From: Octopus vulgaris | Lineage: Eukaryota | Assembly (NCBI GenBank): GCA_951406725.2 | Contig: OX597814.1 | Coordinates: 88,040,001 to 88,104,000 of the forward strand | Reading direction: 5' to 3' | DNA length: 64,000 nt | Shown: one piece after another, positions 12,792 to 57,227 of the stretch | Layout of the letters: the number at the start of each line of letters is the position of its first letter | Numbering within the stretch: the first letter of the stretch is position 1 | Notes under the pieces: model-generated | What the model was told of the DNA's origin: nothing | Databases searched by the model: none | What the model saw: the letters and a program-made list of their open reading frames with translations, nothing else | Position numbers and translations under genes: made by a program

Positions 12792-15700
12792 AATAATAAT
12801 AATAATAATAATAATAACAACAACAACAACAATAACAACAATAATAGGCCAGAAATTCGGGGGAAGGGTAAGTCGATTACATCGACCTCTGGCTTCAACT
12901 GGTACTTACTTTATTGACTCCGAAAGGATAAAAGACAAAGTCGATCTCAGTGGTATGTACAATGATCATAGTAAACATTGGATAGAAATTTAACATATGA
13001 CACGCAAGATATGAAATTAAAAGCAGAAAACACAAATTGTGTAAGTCACACTCACACACCAGAGTAACCAAGCTAAGTGGGACCAGAACATCTCACCTCA
13101 AGCTCCGGTCCCCTCCAATCCCTGAAACTGGTACACTCGAAGGTGTCCGTGAGCATCTTTGGGCAAGAAATATTCAACGCTCACTAGATAAGTGCATTTT
13201 AGCCGATCATAAACTCATATAGCTTTTAACAGACTACGATTTGAATGTTTGACACAATCGAGTTTTTTTGACTCTCAATAAATAGCTTATAACTACTTTT
13301 CTCTTCTTTCATATCGTTTGGTAGCTTTATCAGTTCTTCGTTTCTTGTACGAAGAACTGAACTTTTTCCCAGTCTTGTGCACATGATAACCTCTTACATT
13401 TTCGTTCGCCTTTTCTAAGGGTATGTTGACATTTTAGTGGTGGTGCGCCTGTTTTCGTTTCTTGCATTTCGCATTGTTTTCAGAAGCCTTCCACACATCG
13501 TTTTTATATCTTCCTCGTCGTCGCAAAACTATGGAATGGGTCTGCTGTTTTAAACAATGGGAGGGAGTCTTTCAACTTAGTGCTGAATTTTTGAAACCAG
13601 CTACGAAGCAAGCACTCACTTCTGACATTTTGGAGTCTGTGACTAGTGATACCCAATAGTACACTTTTGATATTTCATAGACCGGATGCCATATGATGAG
13701 TAAACCGTATCGTCAAAAGTGAATGTGAATGATACAGAAATTCTTGTCTTGTTGACGGTTACTACATATATGTCTATGATCTGAGGTTGTTGAGCAAGTG
13801 ACCTTGCCTCTAAGGCGATCCTGGTGCATGTACATTTGTTTTCCACTCTATGTTGAAAAGTGAAAGTCACTCAAATTAGTACTAGTTACGTTTGTTTGTA
13901 TTTGTCAAACTTGGGTAGTTTTGGATAGAAGTTTATCATAACCTTCACCTTCCGTAAAAATGTTTTTGATGTTGATAACCCTCTTCATCAAAACACCGTT
14001 TTTTTTTCCGAACAATATTGAAATTGATGATAGAAAGGAGGGGCTTGTGCGTTTGGTTCTGTTTAGTTGTTGCTATAATATAATAATATAATATAATGAT
14101 ATCTATAATATAATATAATAATATCTGTCAGCTTCCATCTAGCTTGCGAATTTGTTTTCTGTAAGTTTCAGTTTTAAGAACAACGTACTCAACTTACATT
14201 AATAAATCGCTCTTGTTGCTGTCTTTGCTTATGTTTTTTGTTGCTTTGGTTATTGCTGCTCTTGCTGTTGCTGGAAATAAGTAACTGGTAGGTTCTTGGA
14301 TCTCTTACCTCTCTTTTAGAGGACTTTTCCTTCTTGGTGCTTACAACTTTTCATCCTTTGGAGTCTGTATCGTTGCTTGACGAGAAGTTGGAGGTTAACA
14401 TGTGTTCATACATGTTTATATTTATATTGCTCTGATTGAGTAGAGATATATGATCATAGTAATTCCATCCGTGACCACTTTGTATTTTAAGGAGTATCTG
14501 GATTAGATTATTCAGCTATATAGAGATACCCCCATTAGTGCATGTGATTGCTGCCGATGTTCCAATCATTAGTTACGATCTTACTGTTGCTGCTACTTAT
14601 GCGGTTGAGTTGGTACCTTTCCTGCCTTTTTGGTGTCAGAAGACTCAGAAGATTAGTATTGCCGTAGTTATAGTACAAGAGCATTCTATTTTATTCGACA
14701 TTGTACAATGTAGTTGGGTGCATCTGTTGATAGATGCTTTCTATTGTTTGTGAAGTCTGAAATTTCAATGCAGTTTCTTAAGACGACCTGAAATTGATCA
14801 CGTCTACATATTCACCCGCTTATCCAGCGTTGGCAGCACCTTATTGAAGGTAATTTTGGATCCTACGTAAAAAGGTACGAAGTCAAATTACTTTCCGACA
14901 TATTGATCAGCAGAGTGTTTCTGGACTTCGTATTTGTAAAACAATGCCTCTATAATAAATTCGTACAGTATCTCTATTGTGACACCCCCCCCAAAGCAAT
15001 ATTCGCCCCGTTTAAGTATTTTTTCAGCGTTCCCGGTCTTCTTATCTATTTTAGATTTTCGGCCAACTCACATATATTTTGAAATTTTGTTTTATTTCAT
15101 TCCCTGGCGGAAAGATATCGTTATTTTTGTGCACTCGTTTCATATTTTCTTCCTTGGACACCAGAGAAATATGGACGCAAGATCTACTTGTTCTGAGAAA
15201 TAAGCCTCCCGCTTATGATCATTTTTGTTATTTTTTTTGTTTCTTAATCCCGAGCTGACTCTAGCTGAGCTTGACAAAAGGCATTCCAGCTATAACTATC
15301 AAATGTGTCCTCTTATATTTGTAAAATGGTATTCTGTGATTTAAGGTTATTCTGCAATTGTTGGCGGCGGGGTTCTTTGTGCTAGTGGTTATAGTAAATC
15401 AACTGTCGCTGCTAACAACTGTGATAGAGGAGGTGTTGATTGTGCTAATTCTGCTGTTGTTGTTGAGTAGTCTGAGCTCGGTTATGATCAAAGTGTTCCA
15501 GCCATAGCCATCTTATTTTATTTTCAAACTACATTATCCAATCTCTTCTTTTTTTTAAAGATATTAAGATGTTAGTTTGAGGAGAATTTTGTCTTTATTT
15601 CTAGCTTTGACTCGGTGATGTTTAAACCCGGGTCAGTTCTGATCGAGTTGTCCTAGGATGAAAGGGGTACCAGCAATAACCATCAATATCTTCTCAAACA

Positions 15701-16235
15701 GCGTATCTTGGACTACATTAGCCAATGTATACTTCCATTTTTAATACGATGATTTGAGAGATATATTGCTGTTAGTTTAGCAAGTTGAGTGACTACGTAA
15801 TGTCTTCTTCGCCGGCTTGTTGTATTGTTGTTGTTGCTTGTTGATGGTATCATTGATTTTAAGAATACTGCTTCTAATATTATTGCCATCTGTCACGTTC
15901 TAGGCGTTGGTGGTGACGGTCCCCGAGTTAATCATCTGCCCCTGTCTTTATTTCCTACGATATCTTTTTTCAGCGTTTTTCTTTTGCAAATTTAAAAGAA
16001 TTTTTTTTTTTACTGAAATAGAATTATGATCTCTTTCTGCTCCGCTAAAGGGGCGAGGAAAGGAACCCACCATCTCTTTCGGGTAGGGGTCAGTTTCCCG
16101 CCCCTCCAAAATAAAAAAAAAAAGAGAAAGCGACGGACAACACTCAAACTGAAAGTAATAATGGTTTCAAATTTTGGTACAGGACTAGTTGTTTTTGAGG
16201 GGAGGAGCAAGTAGATTACATCGATCCCAGTACTT

Positions 16236-16768
16236 GTTGGCATCCTTTTTGTCTCGGGAGATAATGGAGTTGCGCATAAAATAATCTAGTCCGGCTTTTA
16301 CATTTCAATGTCCTAATACATCTCCTGCTGTGGCTGTGTAGTCCTATCCTGGACAAACACTCCCTCTGGCAGGTGCCGCAAATGTAGCGAAGACTTTATC
16401 TGGCTGGTTATAATGTCATAGTTTTTGTTGACGTCTTTTCTTGTCTTTCCATTTCTCCTTTCTCCCTCTGTCACTCCTTTGTGTTCCCTCTTTTATGGTA
16501 CGTCGCCAATCTCCACGGTTGCTGGCAACTGCTTCCCAGTTGCTAATATTGATGCCGCAGGCCTTCATGTCCCTTTTGCAAACATCCTTGTATCGTATGA
16601 ACAGTCTTCCCACAGACCTAGTGTCCCTAGCAAGCTCTCCGCAGAATATGTCCTTGGGGATTCTGCCTTTTTTCATACGGCTAACATCGCCAAGCCATCT
16701 CATACGTCTTGGACATGTTACAAAGATGTCCTCAAGCAAGCAGGAATACCAAGCATGTTTGCACTCCT
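16236..16768 (-). mobile_element. RTE-clade LINE 3' fragment inserted into a SINE
   Basis: RMRWLGDVSRM...RIPKDIFCGEL...R.VGR...RYKDVCKRDMKACGI...WEAVA..R..WR, followed by YICGTCQRECLSRIGLHSHSRRC; TSD CCCAGTACTT (16226) / CCCAATACTT (16769). Confidence 0.88.
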
Positions 16769-18164
16769 CCCAATACTTAACTGGTACTTATTTCATCAAC
16801 CTCAAAAGGACGAAACGCAAATTCAACCTTGGTGGAAATTGAGCTCAGAACACAAAGACGAATAAAATGCCTCTAAGCATTTTGTCCGGCGTGCTGATGG
16901 TTCTGCCAGCTCGCCGCCTGGTCTGAAAGTACTACTACTACTACTACTACTAAATAATAGTAATAATAATAATAGACACATAAATCATTGTTGTTTGAAA
17001 ATTCGGCAGCTGGAACCAAAAAATAGACAAAACAACAGAATCTTATGTCTTTTAAAGTTTACAAAGCGTTCTGATAGCGGAAACAGCCAGAAATTGGTCA
17101 TAAAAAGGCGTATATTAAGAAATTGTTTCTTGTTCTATTCTGAAAATTTGTGTACGAAAAATATAGACTTGGAATAAATATGCTAACAATGATTCATAAT
17201 AATTAATAAAATCTGAACTGAAGAAAGAAAAAAAAAAAAGAAAAACAAGACAATCTCGTTAGTTGTAAGACATTTTTGTTCAATTACTAGGAGACTGTTT
17301 GTTTAGGTTTTAAGGAGAATTTTCCAGACAAGCGCCATGTTACGCTATGCTGTATCTTCAGTGTGACTGCTAGAGTCATTATCTGCTCAGTGTTGTTTAT
17401 TATCAATGTCATCACTGAAACAACATGTTTAGTTGGCGTCGAATTGGGATCGGATTGGCCATTTACTGTCTCCCTTCTCATTCCCCATTTCGCTTATATC
17501 AGAACATAGTGCTTCGCTGCTAACAAATGTGATTGGCTGTCATTTTATTAACAATATCCTCTAGTTCTGTCAGTCAACCGTAATATTTCCACCCATATAC
17601 CTATTTGATATCGTCAGCATTTTTGTTTTTGGAATCAAGGTTGAACTAAAGTATACGTTGTTTTAGAAAAGACAAGTTGATGTCAAAAATATTTCAACAA
17701 ACTTAAAATCTCTGACCTAAAAGAAATTCCCAGAAGAATAACCACAAATACCTCTTAATCCATTTTGTAGAATAATTTTTAGCTGATACATTGAAGAAAT
17801 ACTATTATGGTTTTATACATGTCTCATACGTGATAAAATGGGATGAAATATAGAAAATTAAGGTTTATAGCACTTAAAAATCTAGCGATAGGTGTCAAGT
17901 AAAGTTAAAAAAAAAACAAAAAAACAAGACATCAAGCGGGTTAAATGAAACCTTAAATACTTAAAAGACATGAAATTGTTTTATGATTTCAAAAGTCAAC
18001 TCCTTACCGCAACATCTCTCACAACCGTAAAATTAACATATCAGCATCTAATTGAATAGCTGTTTTTATAGTTTTACTAATTTTAAGAAAACAATCTTTT
18101 GTAATGATAAATATTTAAGAACGGGGTTCATGTAAGAATATAAAATAAAAGTATGTCATATTTA

Positions 18165-19455
18165 CGAGGGACGTTCAATAAGTAATGCCCCTGACCCACT
18201 TGCAGTTGTTTGATCTAGCTGAAATTTTGCATGTTCAATTATTTATATCTCTATAGATTAAGTGGCAAATTACAGCTCTGAACTAATTGTGGTTTCTGAT
18301 TTACAGATGTTTGAACTGAGTCAAGTGTGAAATGGAGCCTGTTGAGTGTCGAGCAGTGATCCGGTTTTTGTATTTGAAAGGACGCACACCACGGGAGACT
18401 TTTGATGAAATGAAAGTAACTTATGGTGATGATGCCCCATCATATGACCTTGTAAAACGCTGGCATCGTGAATTCAAACATGATCGGAACTCTGTGGAAA
18501 CAGCTCCCAGATCTGGTCGCTCCCCTTCTGCCATTGATGAGGCATCTGTCCGTCAAGTTGAGGCTGCCATTTTGGAAGATCGACGCATAACTATTCGCCA
18601 AATAGCCCATGATGTCAAGATTAGTACCGGGTCTGTGGAAACTATCATTCATGACCATTTGCATATGCAAGGTGTCTGCCAGATGGATTCCCAGGTTGCT
18701 CACACCTTTCCAGAAGCAAGAACGCGTCGAGTGCTCGAGGATGAATTTGGAGATGTGCCAAGAAGATGAGTCAAAATTTTTCAAAAGACTGATTACACAG
18801 GATGAAACCTGGGTCTATCACTGTGATCCAGAGACCAAAGCCCAGTCAATGCAGTGGAAGCACCGTGACTCACCTCCTCCAAAGAAGGCAAGGGTGCAGC
18901 CCTCCGCTGGCATGGTCATGCTCACAGTCTTCTGGGACCAGGACGGAGTAGTGATGACAGATTTTCTGGCAAAGGGTACCACAATTACAGGAGCCTATTA
19001 TGCTTCACTTTTGAGGAAATTAAGAGAAGCTATCAAAATCAAGAGGCGGGGCAAGATCAGCAAAGGAATCCTCCTCCTGCAGGACAACGCTCCGGTTCAC
19101 AACTCGCATGTCGCCAGATCAGAAGCACAGGCGTGCGGCTATGAACTCCTCCCACATCCCCCCTACTCTCCTGACCTTTCACCCTCTGATTTTCACCTCT
19201 TCCCAGCCATGAAGTTGTTTTTGAAAGGAAAGCGTTTCCCAGATGATGCAGCCTTGATTTCTGAAGTCACGTCATGGTTGGAGGACCAAGCTGGGGTCTT
19301 CTACAAAAACGGTCTCCAGAGCTGCATCAAACGATGGGAGAAATGCGTAACTCTGGGTGGTTCCTATGTGAAAAAAGACTAATAACTGTGCCAAGTTTCG
19401 TTGCTCTACTGCTATGGGAAGTGGGTCAGGGGCATTACTTATTGAACGCCCCTCG
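18165..19455 (+). mobile_element. Full-length mariner (DD34D, irritans/Bytmar1-like) DNA transposon, 1291 bp
   Basis: 37-bp TIRs CGAGGG(A/G)CGTTCAATAAGTAATGCCCCTGACCCACTT at 18165-18201 and 19419-19455 with one mismatch; TA target duplication on both sides; transposase inside. Confidence 0.97.
18332..19382 (+). pseudogene. Mariner transposase with a single frameshift near 18668
   Basis: The N-terminal HTH ORF (from 18332) switches frame at ATG C AAG GTG into KVSARWIPR...ITQDETW...QDNAPVH...YSPDLSPSD. There are 34 residues between the second and third catalytic Asp. Confidence 0.93.
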
Positions 19456-19471
19456 TATAAGCACAATAGAC

Positions 19472-20087
19472 GGATCTATTCCATCTGAATTACAGATTAT
19501 TAGATTAAGTCTTTTAAACTAAACAGTTTGAAATTTCGTATACGAGTAGAATTTCTCACGTAGAACATGGTTTACTCTGAATAGTTTTGACAAAATTTCG
19601 TATTTTAGAAGTTATCTCGTGTTAAAGTTGTCGTATTTGGGTAATTTTAACCAATCAATGACGTGTATTTAACTGAAGCAATGTACTGCTGTTTGCGGAA
19701 GAGCAACAACTTATAGGTCATCTCTACAAAATGCATTTGGATATTTTTACTTATTGCCTGTGATTATTTTCACCACTTTGTTCTATTTTATTTTTGTATA
19801 CTTACCTGCGTTAATTTCGGGATTTATTTTCACCAACTTTTGTTTACTTGTCTGCGGTAATTTGTATGTGTTACACCTGCCTGGTTATTTTTTTATATGC
19901 ACCTTTGCCCGAACTGTGTATGTACTGCCATGGAATCTTACTGTGCATTTGAAAGTTTAATATTCAGCATTAAAATCAATTTAATCTTTATCCGTTTGTA
20001 TTGTTTTTCTTTTTGTGTACATCATATACATGCCTCGCTATTGGTTAGGTTAGGGTTAGAGCTATGGTTTAGAATTAGAGTTAGATA
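19472..20087 (+). mobile_element. Diverged relative of the GGATC foldback family (left arm plus TTAGGG-like tract)
   Basis: Starts with GGATC; shares GAAGTTAT...GGTAATTTTAACCAATCAATGACGTGTATT with 39056-39117; ends in GGTTAGGTTAGGGTTAG. Confidence 0.6.
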
Positions 20088-20699
20088 GCATGCTAAAGTG
20101 TAAATGGCCACGTATACTGTATGCTGAAGTGGCACTAAAGATTAATTGAAACAGATTATCTATCAGAAATTAAGTCATGAAAGGGTTAGCAGCATCAACA
20201 CGCTTTACTTCACATTTCTATGTTTCTGAGGGCAATGAAATAAAATACTAGATAAGTACTGGGTCAATATAGCTGACTTATTGTGTCCTTCTATAAAATT
20301 TCTTCCCTTGTATCTTTGTTAGAAATTCTTATTAATACTATTATTTAGTACAAGCAAGAGAAAAAATGGCGTTTAGAGATCATCTGCAGGCTTTATAAAA
20401 AATTAGATTTTCACGCTTAAATTACAAATCCGCTTCCACTTTACCATGTGGAAAATTTGACTGAAATCGGGCAAAAGGCGTCCAATCTAGACACCCAAGT
20501 GTCCCCCAAAATCAATAAAATCCTTGTTTTCACACCAAAGCAACAACTGTAGCGCCCCAAAACGTCTTCCAATCAATTTCTCACCTCAAGTTACCCCCCT
20601 CCTGTAAATTTTAATCCCCTTCCAGCCCCATTTAAACCTCATTTTACATAAAAATTTGTATCAACGTTTGCCTTCTTCATTTTATGGATTAGATTGTTT

Positions 20700-21536
20700 T
20701 ACTTGTTTCGGTATTATAACCCGATTTCATTCGAGTCTACGCGGGCCACATTTTAAAACATGAGGAATTTTACTCTAGAGGGCATGCCTTTCAGTTGAGC
20801 AAACTCAAAGTTACCATGCAAACTCGCAAGCACTTTAAACATAGGTGTGCATATTTTCAGCTCAATCTGACCACATATGTACACATTATATATATATATA
20901 CATACACATTAAATATGTACATAAATATACGCATTATATATACGTCTACACACACACACACACACACACGTATATATATAGATGAATACACTTTATATAT
21001 ATACACATATAGATATGTATATACATTATATATATATTTATATAGACACACATATATATTAATTAACACGATATTATGATTAATAATATTTGTTAGATTG
21101 TGCGGTGGTGGTGGGCGATAATAATTCACCGTTCTAAAAGACTTGTGGCGGCTGTCAACGCTTTCTCTCTATAGATAGACAGACGTACAGTGAAAGAGGT
21201 GGTGAGAGAAAGAGTGACAGAGAGACGGCGAAGCTGTCAAACGTCGTTATAGAGAGAAAGTGGAGGACAGGAAGGAAAGAGAGAGACGGTGGAAGACAGG
21301 GTGATATGCGAAAGAGGGAAACGACAAACACTTGTCAAAGTGTGGGTTTTGTTGCCCTAGTAACCACAGCTTTTGAGATAGGGATTTCTAACCTAGTCCA
21401 CTCACTTCTTCGCCTCATTTTACATGTCCCTGTAAATTTTGGAGCCAATCCGATCCCATCTAGTGCCCCTTAACCCGTTCCAATCCCAAAATGAGACAAA
21501 GAAACTTTTCGCATTTCAGCTTTATAGATATTGATT
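20700..21536 (+). mobile_element. Possible Helitron/Helentron-derived (DINE-1-like) non-autonomous element
   Basis: 5' ACCCG..CGGG segment, internal microsatellite and purine-rich tract, 3' AAACTTTTCGCATTTCAGCTTTATAGATATTGAT; resemblance of layout only. Confidence 0.35.
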
Positions 21537-22800
21537 ACTAAAAATAAAAACAAAACAAAACAAAAAACAAACAAAAAACAAAAGTGAGCAGAATTGGTTT
21601 TAATTTTAAACACGTTTGATAATGCATGGTATAATTATGTATGTGGGGATGTGTAAATTTACATATAGATAAGTGTGTGTGTGTGTGTGTGTGCGTGTGT
21701 GTTTATGTTAATTTGTTGCGTTGATGATGGTAAATATTGTTTTGAAAAGTAAAGACAGTTACAAGGACCTAAATATGAAGTGTAAATCATTGTCTCTTAG
21801 AATTTACATTTTTTTCACATTCATTACATAATTACAAAGATGAACAAGTATATACATTGGTTCCCAACGAAAAGATGGGGGTTTATATAGCAACACCAAC
21901 CCAAGTATGCTTATATAGAGTACTTGAAAATAATTTATATGGTTCAGTGACGAAATTGATAATATATATTGTTGAATCATTAAACGTATTTCAGAATTGT
22001 TTCAGTATAATTCCTAAAAGCTTTTTGGTTATCAGATGTTAAAACAGCACCTGCTATATCCTTACAATAACTATTTTAGTAGTACTGTAACTGATATACT
22101 ATTACTGCTGTGATATCACAATTTTATATCATTACAATAACTTCTATATCGTTAAAATTTCTTATAAAACTACTCTTCAGGAAATAATAAAAATATTACA
22201 GGAAACAATATTTTTTACATTAGTTCTTATATAACCATAACGGCAACTATATTGTTATGACACAAACTATTTCCTTACATTGACAGTTATATCTTTTCAA
22301 TAAATATTGTTACAATGAATACTGCAACTACTACCATAACAATTTAAAAAATGTGAAGTTGTTACAACGGCTGTCACATCGTTAAAATGATTGTCATATC
22401 ATTGCTATGGTTCTTATGTTACAGAATTCATCATTTCTTCACATTTACTGTCGTTATGTAACAGTCTTACAACAATCTTCATGTTTAAATAACTGTACAA
22501 TTCTTATATCGAGCTAAGACTACAGCAATACTGTTACATCAATCGTTACAATTACAGCAATTGCAATATCTGTTGTATTTTTAAATGTCTTGATTTTACA
22601 GCAGTTTTTATAATATTATAACAATCATTAGCCATTATATCGTTATATCTACATATGATTAAAGCCCTGTTGTCCCACGTATATCTTAAATAATTTATTG
22701 TTAATAAAATGCAACAGCAGGACAATTAAAACCTGTTACTTTATAGTCTAACATAAATTATAAGTTTACTTCATCAGAGATGACCTATTTGAAATGGAAA

Positions 22801-22806
22801 TTTATT
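22801..22806 (-). promoter_or_regulatory. Candidate polyadenylation signal (AATAAA) of the chitinase gene
   Basis: TTTATT on the plus strand ~130 nt beyond the stop codon; no transcript support. Confidence 0.3.
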
Positions 22807-22933
22807 CAGTACATGAACCTGGTGTAAAGCAATGTGAGCATTCGTTTAACAAATACTACAAAAGAAACATAGACTTGGATTGATGTGTAACAAAGTTTGT
22901 ACAGTAAATAATACAGTAAACAGAATAACGGCA

Positions 22934-54037
<31,104 letters not shown>

Positions 54038-54646
54038 GGTTTAGCGTTAATATAACACTATCTGGGAGTTAAAATTGCTTCCGATTCTTTTGATCCGATA
54101 CAAGAAATGGGCGAAAATTGGTTATCAGCTGAGAAGGCTAACAGACCAAGCTAATCCCAACGAAAGTGAAGTGCTGTGTGACAGTCTTGCTTTCAATGAC
54201 GACGTAAGCGCTCTCACTGACGACGAAAATCTGACTGATTTGCCAAAATCTAATGGTTTTTAATAACCATTGTGGGGTGGGCATGTATGGGTGTGGAGAT
54301 GTCAATAGTGATCGTAATGTTTGGCAAGCGGGTGTTGTATGTCTTGAGTCTTTTGATTGAAGAACGCCTCTATTGATTAGGTTGAACAATATTGAGGCTC
54401 ACTTGGGTCAAGAGAACTGGTAAATCGGGTTCTCTTCGTTGTTAAAAACACGAGGAAGAAGAGGAAGAAGAAAAAGAAAAAGAGCGAGAGAGTCTTCATA
54501 CATAATGCTCTGGTGTACATATATGCATATTCAAGTGCCTTTGTAACCTCTATTCTTTGTCTATTCGTAATGTCCTGGATTTGTTTTGATTAGGAAATAG
54601 ACGGGAAGAATATTTGTGGCATTTTTCTGTAGTCACACACACACAT

Positions 54647-54749
<103 letters not shown>

Positions 54750-55134
54750 TGCACACGTACACGTACAAAAGCACATGTATGTATGTGTTGTTTGTGGTGA
54801 GTATAGTCATGTGAGGTTCTAACCATTCTATAGGTAAATCAATATATCAAAAGAAAAACAAACCAAATAAATAATAATGAAAAAAAAGTAAGCAGAACGG
54901 ATTAACAAAAACTTGTACTTGAAACGTTTCTTAAATGACGCCTGGATTGTATAACTACCTCTCTCTCTCACTACACACAGACACGCGCGCGCACATACAC
55001 ATACGCACACACACATACACACACACATACACATCAATAGTATGAGTGAAAATTTCAACTTTCTTTTCAACCAAATAAACCCGTTCCCCACCCACCAAAA
55101 AAATTGCCCTTCAGAGAGAAAGAGAGTGAATGAT

Positions 55135-55204
<70 letters not shown>

Positions 55205-55439
55205 TGGGGATTTCTGTCTTCGCGCGCTCTGATATTTCCCACTCCATTGGATTGTATTCACATCTATAGAAATATGTGGTTAGTCCTATTTTCCAAGATG
55301 GACAATCGCTTTCGGCCTTCCACATATCAAAGTATCACCGTCACTTCCAGTATAATTAAGGTTATCAGTCAATGCTTCCATGACTCTGTCATTTCTCATT
55401 GACAATCATTACAATTTCCGAATAGTCAGATCTAGATTT

Positions 55440-56300
55440 GCACATATATCTGTTGCTCATACATGCTCTTTCGGAAAGTATTGTTGCTTTCCTTGAAGTA
55501 AAACCTTCGACCGTGCCCATGAGTTAAGTTGCAACGGTTGACCCCCATCCGTCTTACATCTCATTATTAAATTTCTTATCCTGTCACTCTATTGACGATC
55601 CATATCCGACCTATATTCTATGAGCTTTGGTGTATACCAAGGTTTGATTATGTCTCCAGTACTCTTTCTATACGTTAATGACCTTCGTTCTTTTACATTT
55701 CGCACCCAGGCGTCACTCATACGAAACCTTGTATGCCTTATGCCTAACCTGAATAAAGACATCCAAATAACATTCCCTGAGAATATGGCATTTTTTCTTC
55801 TTTGCTATTATAACGACGCAATCGCTAAACTTATCAAGCAGAAGAAATTTTGCAAAACAACCTCCCTATACCTGAACAACAACCAAATCCCCGCTCTATT
55901 CAAAGTCGTTATAAATACAAGCCGTTATATCTGAATATGTTTCATGTGATATCATTGCCAAACTTTTATTCCAAATATTAAATTTCTACTTTATGATAGA
56001 AAATACTTTAACCTTAATCAGTTACTGAACTTAACATCCAAAAGAAAGCATTTAGCCGATTGACAAAATTCATTCACCGACATTCTATACCTACTGGTTC
56101 CAATATGTACTGTTGCTTTCTCTGACACTTTTTCTGCTAATAGCCAACCAATCCATTCGATGCATCTGTCTCCGCAATCTCCAGTCATCCTTAATGTATT
56201 TCGTTACTCAGGTTCCGCAATACACTCTTTCCTTCCTCTCCAGAACTCTGAAATTCCCATCTTTTCCTGAAGATGACGATATAGATCAATCCCATTAATT
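55440..56300 (+). mobile_element. Highly decayed CR1/L2/Jockey-group reverse transcriptase remnant
   Basis: FGVYQGLIMSPVLFLYVNDL resembles GVPQGSILGPxLFLLYINDL; upstream VAFLE..K.FDR; boundaries approximate. Confidence 0.5.
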
Positions 56301-56643
56301 TATTAGCCTAAAAGGGCCTACAAAGAGCTTAGTTGCTACCCTTTTCTCAAAATTCCCTTAATGTCAGATTTATGTTTAAGTTGGAAAGTGTTAAAGTCAC
56401 TATTAAATCAATGATACTAAACACAATTCTAGGTACCAATTTCTGGATTTGGAGAAAGTTGCGTTCTTTAATTTCATAATGGTATGTTGGCGTTTCTGCA
56501 ATGTTAGTCACAGAAAGAAGCTGTTCAGCTCATATTCTTAAATAGATATTTCGATTTTTTTCACTAAATTTCTAATGCAGTGCTTAATGGTAAATGTCAG
56601 AACATGCTTACTTGAGCAGCGCAGCTTGTATAAATCCGTAATC

Positions 56644-56806
56644 ATGTATGTATGTATGTATGTATGTATGTATGTATGTATGTATGTATGTATGTATGTA
56701 TGTATGTATGTATGTATGATTGTATGTATGTATGTATGTATGTATGTATGTATGTATGTATGATTGTATGTATGTATGTATGTATGTATGTATGTATGTA
56801 TTTATG
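56644..56806. repeat. (ATGT)n microsatellite
   Basis: Visible. Confidence 0.95.
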
Positions 56807-57157
56807 TACCTCAGTTGTTAGAGCGTCGGGCTCACAATCATGAGGTAGTGAGTTCGATTCCCTGACTAGGTGTGTGTTGTGCTCTTGAGCAAGACATTTT
56901 ATTTCACGTTGCTCCAATTCACTCAGCTGTAAAAAGGAATCGTGAAGTTACTTGTGCCAAGTTGTATCCCTTTCCCTTGGATAACATCGCTTGCGTGGAG
57001 AGGGAAGTCTGGTATGCATGGGCGGCTGCTGGTTTTTTATAAACAATCTTGCCCAGTCTTGCTCCTCGGAAGGGAACTTACTAGGTGCAAATCCCATAGT
57101 CATTCATGACCGAAGGGGTCTATTTATACACACACATATACATACATACATATATAC

Positions 57158-57227
<70 letters not shown>

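Noticed and set aside
16425-16865. 146-aa and 133-aa plus-strand ORFs
   Set aside because: Antisense shadows of the RTE fragment running into a SINE.
18440-18784. Antisense 114-aa ORF within the mariner
   Set aside because: Shadow ORF of the transposase; no independent motifs.
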